From: an uncultured Gemmatimonadota bacterium
Lineage (GTDB): Bacteria; Gemmatimonadota; Gemmatimonadetes; Gemmatimonadales; Gemmatimonadaceae
DNA length: 59,583 bases
Assembly (NCBI GenBank): GCA_937867645.1
Contig: CALMKE010000073.1
Coordinates: 1-59,583 of the forward strand
Reading direction: 5' to 3'
The notes under the pieces are model-generated. The model did not search any database, had not been told where the DNA came from, and saw only the letters and a list, made by a program, of their open reading frames with translations. Below are positions 54,604 through 59,583 of this stretch, piece after piece. The translations under genes and the position numbers were made by a program. Each line of letters opens with the position of its first letter. The first letter of the stretch is position 1.

Positions 54604-55728
54604 TCAATCGGCCTGACGCGGCGAGCTTGCCCGCTTGCTCCCGCGCGCGAGCGTTGCCGCGCGATCGAAGCCGTCGAGCATCTCGCGCTCGCCGAAATCC
54701 CGCGCCACTCTCGCGCGCGCGGCGTCGCCCATCGCGGCGATTCTCTCCGGGCTCGCCAGCAGACCCGCGACCATTCCCGCCGCCAGCGCCGCGTCGCCCC
54801 AGGGAACCACGAGACCGCTGATACCGTCGGCGACGTACCGCCGCGCGATCGCGTCCTCGGCGGTTACGACTGGAACCCCGAGCGCCATCATGTCGAGCAT
54901 GGCGAAGGCCGCCTCGTCACCCTCGCACGCGACCCAGCCGAGGTCGGCGGCCGCGATCAGCGCCGCGACGTCGTCCCGCTCGCCAAGCAAACTGACGCGC
55001 GACAGCAGGTCCACAGCGGCGATGTGCATTCGCACATCCTCGTAGTCCGACCCGGGCCCGACGACGAAGAGATGCACGTCGGGATGGCGCGGAGCGAGCA
55101 TCGCCAGCGTCCGGATCGCCATGGCCGCGCGGCCGCGCGCGTGCAGATCGTAGATGCAAAGGAAATGCGATCCCTTGTCGCGCTCCGCCGTGGCCGCGTC
55201 CGCCTGCGCCAGCTCCTCACCTTCGAGATCCACCGGATACCGCGACGGATCCACGCCCAGCTCGGCAGCCACGGTGGTCGCGCCCCGCGGGAGCACGGCC
55301 GCGCGGACGTCGGCTTCATGAGTGAACAGGTATACCGTGCGCCGCAACCAGGCGGCGAAGCGCGCGCCGGTCCCCATGTTGAGACGCGAGCCGGCGGGCG
55401 TGCGCCGCACGACGTTCGCCCGCCGCGCGAGCCAGCACGCCACGGCGGCGATGAGATGCTCCTTGTCGGTGTGCACGAACACGACGTCCGGATTCTTCGC
55501 CCGCAGGATCTTCCGCAATCCGAGCGCGGCGTTCAGCCAGCCGCCGCCGGCGTCCAGCTCCGCGATTTCGAAGCCGGCCCCGGGGACGTGCTCCTTCACG
55601 TGCGCCTGCGGATCCACCACGAACGTCACCGGATCGCCGGCCTCCGCGAATGCGCGAGCGGCAACCGAGAATGCGCGGGCCGAGCCCGACCAGTCCACGC
55701 CCGTGTACAGGAAGACCGCCCGCATCAA
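54604..55728 (-). CDS. Glycosyltransferase family 4 (GT-B)
   Basis: 374 aa. The N-terminus is MMRAVFLYTGVDWSGSARAF and the C-terminal region is EAAFAMLDMMALGVPVVTAEDAIARRYVADGISGLVV. An ATGA overlap joins it to the msbA-like stop. Confidence 0.8.
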   Translation of the reverse strand: MMRAVFLYTGVDWSGSARAFSVAARAFAEAGDPVTFVVDPQAHVKEHVPGAGFEIAELDAGGGWLNAALGLRKILRAKNPDVVFVHTDKEHLIAAVACWLARRANVVRRTPAGSRLNMGTGARFAAWLRRTVYLFTHEADVRAAVLPRGATTVAAELGVDPSRYPVDLEGEELAQADAATAERDKGSHFLCIYDLHARGRAAMAIRTLAMLAPRHPDVHLFVVGPGSDYEDVRMHIAAVDLLSRVSLLGERDDVAALIAAADLGWVACEGDEAAFAMLDMMALGVPVVTAEDAIARRYVADGISGLVVPWGDAALAAGMVAGLLASPERIAAMGDAARARVARDFGEREMLDGFDRAATLARGSKRASSPRQAD

Positions 55729-57548
55729 ACCCCCGCCCCGACGCCGGCGACTTCGGGCTCGCGGAACTGCAGCGAGTAGAGTCTGTTGTACACGCCTTTC
55801 TTTGCCATGAGCTCGGTGTGGGTCCCCCGCTCGACGACTACGCCCCGGTCAAGGACAAGGATGATATCGGCGTGCACGATCGTGGATAACCTGTGGGCGA
55901 TCACGAACACAGTTCGGCCCGCAAGCAGGCGCTCTATCGCTTCCTGCACCAGCCGTTCCGACTCCGTGTCGAGCGCGGAGGTCGCTTCGTCGAGTATCAG
56001 GATCGGCGGGTCGTGCAGCAACGCGCGCGCGATTGCGATGCGCTGTCGCTGTCCGCCCGAGAGTCGCGTGCCGCGCTCGCCGAGCAGCGTCTCATAGCCC
56101 TCCGGCAGCTCGGCGATGAACTGGTGCGCGTTGGCCGCTCTCGCGGCCTCTTCGATTCGCTCAAGAGCAAACTTCCCGGCGGCGCCGTACGCGATGTTGT
56201 TGCGCACCGTGTCATTGAACAGAACCGTGTCCTGCCCGACGATGCCCATCAGGCTGCGCAGCGCGTCCAGCCTGATCTCCCGCGTGTCCACGCCGTCCAG
56301 CGTGATGCGGCCCCGGTCAGGCTCGTAGAACCGCGGAATGATATCCACCAGCGTGGTCTTGCCCGCCCCGCTCGGCCCCACGAGCGCGACGACCGAGCCC
56401 TTCGGCGCGGTGAAGCTCACGTTCTGCAGCACGGGCTCGCCATCGTAGGCGAATGACACCCTCTCGAACGCAACGCTCCGCTCGAAGGTCGCGGTCGCGA
56501 CGCGACCCTTGTCCAGCTGCGTCTCGGCGGGCGCGTCGAGCACGTCGAACAGCCGCTCGGCGGACGCGAGCGACGACTGGGCGAGGGTCGGGACCTGCGA
56601 CAGCTGCTTGAGCGGGGCCAGCAAGCGTAGTACGAACATGAGAAAGGCGATCAGGTCGGCGCCGGACATCGTCCGGTGCAGGAGAACTTCCTGGGCGCCG
56701 ATCCATAGCAGGAACAGCGCCATGATCGTTCCGATCGCCTCCGTGAGCGGCGGCGCCAGGTACGCCAGCCTCGTCAGCTTGACGGTGCTGTTGGCGTAGG
56801 TGCCGCTCGCCTCGAGGAACCGCCGCTCCTCGTATTGCTCCGCCCCGAAGGATTTCACGAGACGAATTCCGCCAACCGTCTCCTGCACGACGCTGGTCAT
56901 CTCGCCGTGGACGGCGCCGCGGCGCCGCGCTCCCTTCCGGAGCTTTCGCAGCATCGGCTGCATCGCGCCAACGATGACCGGCACGACGAACAGCGAGATC
57001 AGCGTCAGCTTCCACGAGATGCCGATGAGAAACGCCAGGTAGCTGATCACCAGCGCGACGCTCCGCAGAGAGTGCGTCATCAGGTGCGTCAGCACCACGC
57101 GGGTCTCGGCGGTGTCGTTGATGATGCGCGAGAGAATCTGCCCGCTCTTCATCCGGGTGAAGTAGCCGAGAGGCAGCTTCACCAGATGCCGGTACACAGC
57201 GTTGCGCAGGTCCCGGGTCACGTACTCCTGCAGCGTGGCGCCGAGCGATGAGCTGAGCCAGACGAGCAGGTTCTTGAGCAGCATCGTCAGGACGACGATG
57301 AAAATGACGCCTCGCAGCGATCCCATCTTGTCGGCGGGATCGAGCAGCGTGCCGACCGTGGCGTTGAGCAGGTCGCTCACCCACCCGGCCTTGAGCGAGA
57401 TGGCCGGCTGGTCGAACAGGATGTTGAGGAAAGGGATCAGCAGCGCCAGCGTGAAGGCGTCGAGCGCCGCCGCCCCGATGTTGCACAGCATGGTCGCGCC
57501 CATCCGCCAGGCATGCGGCCGCAGGTATGGCAGAAGCCGGCGGTACAC
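55725..57548 (-). CDS. msbA: ABC transporter ATP-binding/permease protein, MsbA-like lipid exporter
   Basis: 607 aa with six N-terminal TM segments. Walker A is GPSGAGKTT, the signature is LSGGQRQR and Walker B is ILILDEATSALD. Confidence 0.85.
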   Translation of the reverse strand: MYRRLLPYLRPHAWRMGATMLCNIGAAALDAFTLALLIPFLNILFDQPAISLKAGWVSDLLNATVGTLLDPADKMGSLRGVIFIVVLTMLLKNLLVWLSSSLGATLQEYVTRDLRNAVYRHLVKLPLGYFTRMKSGQILSRIINDTAETRVVLTHLMTHSLRSVALVISYLAFLIGISWKLTLISLFVVPVIVGAMQPMLRKLRKGARRRGAVHGEMTSVVQETVGGIRLVKSFGAEQYEERRFLEASGTYANSTVKLTRLAYLAPPLTEAIGTIMALFLLWIGAQEVLLHRTMSGADLIAFLMFVLRLLAPLKQLSQVPTLAQSSLASAERLFDVLDAPAETQLDKGRVATATFERSVAFERVSFAYDGEPVLQNVSFTAPKGSVVALVGPSGAGKTTLVDIIPRFYEPDRGRITLDGVDTREIRLDALRSLMGIVGQDTVLFNDTVRNNIAYGAAGKFALERIEEAARAANAHQFIAELPEGYETLLGERGTRLSGGQRQRIAIARALLHDPPILILDEATSALDTESERLVQEAIERLLAGRTVFVIAHRLSTIVHADIILVLDRGVVVERGTHTELMAKKGVYNRLYSLQFREPEVAGVGAGV

Positions 57549-57554
57549 TGAGCG

Positions 57555-59123
57555 TCAGCCTCGCGGTGTCAGCAGCGCCAGCGGCAGGATGACTTCTTCG
57601 GGCGTAACGCCTCCGTGCAGAAAAGAGCCGCGGTACCGGCTCTGGTATTCCCGCAGCTTCGTCGGATAAACGAAGAAGCAATCGCCCGTCGCCAGCAAGG
57701 TGTTGGCTCCGTGTCCCTTCTTGGGAAGCCTGATCGCTTCTTCACTGGGAAAGAGCAACGCCTGCTCGGGCCGCTCGGCGCGCAGGTCCTCGCCGAACTT
57801 GTAGCGCAGGTTGAGCGTCGCGTCGCGTTTGGCGAACACCGTCGCCGGCGTGTTGCAGTGGATGGAGCCGTGATCGGTGGTGAGCAGGACCGACACCTTC
57901 CGGCGCGAGGCTTCCTTGAGCAGACTGAACAAGGCCGAGCGCTGAAACCACTGGCGCGTGATCTGCCGCAGCGCGATCTCGTCCCGCGCCACCTCGTACA
58001 GAATCTGTGACTCGCTGCGCCCGTGAGTCAGCAGGTCCACGAAGTTGAACACGAACGCGCTGATTCCCGCCTGCGCGATGGCGGTTCCCATGTGCCGCTC
58101 CAGCTCGTCGGAGTTCGCCGCCGTGGAGATCTTGCTGTAGCGGACGCCGCCGCCCCCGCCGAGGTCCGCCAGGTGCTTCTCCAGCAGCTGCCGCTCGTGC
58201 GCGTTGAGGGACTCGTCCTCGCGGTCCGGCGTGCCCCACCAGTCCGGGTAGCGGCTCGCGATCTCCCCGGGAAAGAGTCCGCTGAACAGCGAGTTCCGCG
58301 AGTACGGAGTCGCCGTGGGAAGCACGGCGTAGTAGTGCGTCGTCTCGACGTCGAAGTGCGGCGCCAGCAACGGCTCGAGCACGCGCCACTGGTCGAGCCG
58401 CAGGCAGTCCACGACGATGAAAACCGCCGCCTTCTCCCGCTGAAGAATCGGAATGAGAAACTCGGAGACGATGTCCACCGACAGCGGCGGGCGGTTGCCG
58501 CCGAGGTCGGCGAGCCAGGCCGGATACGCTTCCTTCATGTACGCGGCGAACTCGCGGTGCATGTTGGGATAAAGCCCGCGCAGCGAATCGTACAATCCCA
58601 TCTCGCCGGCGGCGGCGAGGTCCACGTCCCAGCGCATGAACTCGTCGTACCGCTCGATCCACCCGCGCCAATCCAGATCGCGCTCGCGCTCCGCCTCCAG
58701 ATGCCGGAAGCGATCCACGAAGGAGCGGCTGACCGCCTGTTGCCTGATCTTCGGCCCGTCCAGGATGCGGGTAATGACCGACAGAACCTGGCGCGGATTG
58801 ATCGGCTTGATCAGGTAGTCGAGGATGTTGGCGCCCAGCGCTTCCCGCAGGGTCGAGTCTTCCTCGCTCTTCGTGACCATCACGACCGGGAGGTTCGGAG
58901 CCAGCTCGCGGACCTCGCGGTACGCCTCCAGGCCGCGCTTCCCCGGCATCTGCTCGTCGAGGAGCAGGATGTCGAACGGCCGGCGGCGGAGGAGCTCCAC
59001 GGCATCGTCCGCGTTACTCGCCCACTCGACCTCGTAGCCCTTGGAGCGCAGGAAGATGCGGTGCGATTCGAGCAGGTCGCTCTCGTCGTCGACCCACAGC
59101 ACCGATTTGGCGGGATGGGACAT
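57555..59123 (-). CDS. Response regulator with C-terminal PglZ (alkaline-phosphatase-like) domain, PorX-like
   Basis: The ATG at 59123 gives MSHPAKSVLWVDDESDLL...ILLLDEQMPG...VVMVTKSEE (REC). PglZ-type strings are VFIVVDCLRLDQW, ...ATPYSRNSLFSG... and ...LLTTDHGSIHC. The track ORF N-terminus (to 59303) reads through repeat E3. Confidence 0.85.
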   Translation of the reverse strand: MSHPAKSVLWVDDESDLLESHRIFLRSKGYEVEWASNADDAVELLRRRPFDILLLDEQMPGKRGLEAYREVRELAPNLPVVMVTKSEEDSTLREALGANILDYLIKPINPRQVLSVITRILDGPKIRQQAVSRSFVDRFRHLEAERERDLDWRGWIERYDEFMRWDVDLAAAGEMGLYDSLRGLYPNMHREFAAYMKEAYPAWLADLGGNRPPLSVDIVSEFLIPILQREKAAVFIVVDCLRLDQWRVLEPLLAPHFDVETTHYYAVLPTATPYSRNSLFSGLFPGEIASRYPDWWGTPDREDESLNAHERQLLEKHLADLGGGGGVRYSKISTAANSDELERHMGTAIAQAGISAFVFNFVDLLTHGRSESQILYEVARDEIALRQITRQWFQRSALFSLLKEASRRKVSVLLTTDHGSIHCNTPATVFAKRDATLNLRYKFGEDLRAERPEQALLFPSEEAIRLPKKGHGANTLLATGDCFFVYPTKLREYQSRYRGSFLHGGVTPEEVILPLALLTPRG

Positions 59124-59193
59124 CGTGAGAGTGAATGTAAGCCCCGATTGCGGGGTCCGGTGAGGAGAAAGCTGGTCCGGGCCGGGGGCTGGC

Positions 59194-59290
59194 GGGATCC
59201 AAGTGGGGAGTGTGGCAGTTCGGAGTGTGGCAGTGGGGAGTAACTCCCGACTACCAACTCCCCACTGCCACACTCCCCACTTGGATTCCC
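59194..59290. repeat. Intergenic inverted-repeat hairpin element E3
   Basis: The stem atccaagtggggagtgtggcag (59197-59218) pairs with ctgccacactccccacttggat (59265-59286). A further stem tggggag/ctcccca (59234-40 / 59258-64) follows. The left arm carries a 15-nt bulge that is a tandem copy of ggagtgtggcag. The outer terminus reads GGAATCC on the minus strand, as in E1. Confidence 0.85.
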
Positions 59291-59338
59291 CGTCAAACTC
59301 CACGTGCTATGAGCGCCCGGCGAATCTAGATTGCCCCT

Positions 59339-59583
59339 ATGCCCGCCAACCTGCCGTATGCCCTCGCCCCCACCCCTTTCCCCCTGCCCGCCCTCGCGGC
59401 GCACGCGGGAAAGGCCGCGCTCGGCGGCGACCGGGAAGTGGCGATCGCCTGCTTCGTCGTCGCGCGGTTGGCTGGCGCGCTGCTCCCCCCGAACGCGCTC
59501 CCAACGGAGCTGCGCGACAAGCGTGCGGCGGCGTGTCGCAGCTGGCTCGCCTCCCAGGCGATCCCCGCGGGGATCCGCGCCGA
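59339..59583 (+). CDS. Hypothetical protein, 5' fragment (runs off the window)
   Basis: The ATG at 59339 opens a frame that stays open to the window end. It reads MPANLPYALAPTPFPLPALAAHAGKAALGGDREVAIACFVVARLAG... and has strongly GC-rich third positions. No motif was recognised. Confidence 0.4.
   Translation, partial: MPANLPYALAPTPFPLPALAAHAGKAALGGDREVAIACFVVARLAGALLPPNALPTELRDKRAAACRSWLASQAIPAGIRA

Noticed and set aside
57555-59123. PglZ domain as evidence for a BREX phage-defence system
   Set aside because: No other BREX genes (brxC/pglY, pglX methyltransferase, brxL) are nearby. The PglZ domain is fused to a receiver domain, which is the PorX-type architecture.
59124-59303. 60-aa N-terminal extension of the REC-PglZ ORF (MEFDGESKWGVWQWGV...)
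   Set aside because: It is a translation of hairpin element E3 and the promoter region. The receiver domain starts right after the ATG at 59123.

Overview
This is a high-GC (by eye about two-thirds G+C, not computed), tightly packed chromosomal segment from a diderm bacterium. Evidence for a diderm envelope: Omp85-type barrels, an MsbA-like exporter, an LpxL-like acyltransferase, MlaD and a Tat signal peptide. I call about 55 protein genes, 2 tRNAs (Pro-CGG, Arg-CCG) and a few promoters and terminators. I see no rRNA, CRISPR array, transposase or integrase. Clear housekeeping genes are rho, ruvX, mltG, thiE, tdh-kbl, ilvE, PBP1A, tyrS and isocitrate dehydrogenase. The accessory content falls into six groups. 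(1) 7.7-17.7 kb holds a non-canonical synthase-dependent exopolysaccharide locus. It has a BcsA-like GT2 with QxxRW and two C-terminal PilZ-like modules, no BcsB, an HGSNAT/DUF5009-like membrane acyltransferase, a PIG-L deacetylase behind a strong sigma-54-type promoter, two GH6 hydrolases and a DUF3131-like lipoprotein. (2) 29.9-32.3 kb holds a 50-codon ORF absent from the supplied track. It has its own sigma-54-like promoter and terminator and sits just upstream of a translationally coupled HExxH metallopeptidase-like / Ddl-like ATP-grasp pair. (3) 38.0-43.0 kb holds an NtrY/NtrX-like two-component module with a hidden 99-aa membrane protein, a POTRA-less Omp85-like barrel and a secreted protein. 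(4) Three long intergenic inverted-repeat hairpin elements lie at 35.7, 54.4 and 59.2 kb; they have word-periodic arms and two share GGAATCC termini. (5) There is a 44-aa K/R-repeat protein and an NYN-LOTUS protein with an RGG-like tail. (6) A PorX-like REC-PglZ regulator heads an LPS-type operon. The many long antisense ORFs in the track are treated as GC-driven shadow frames. All functional calls rest on motifs read by eye; no database search was run.
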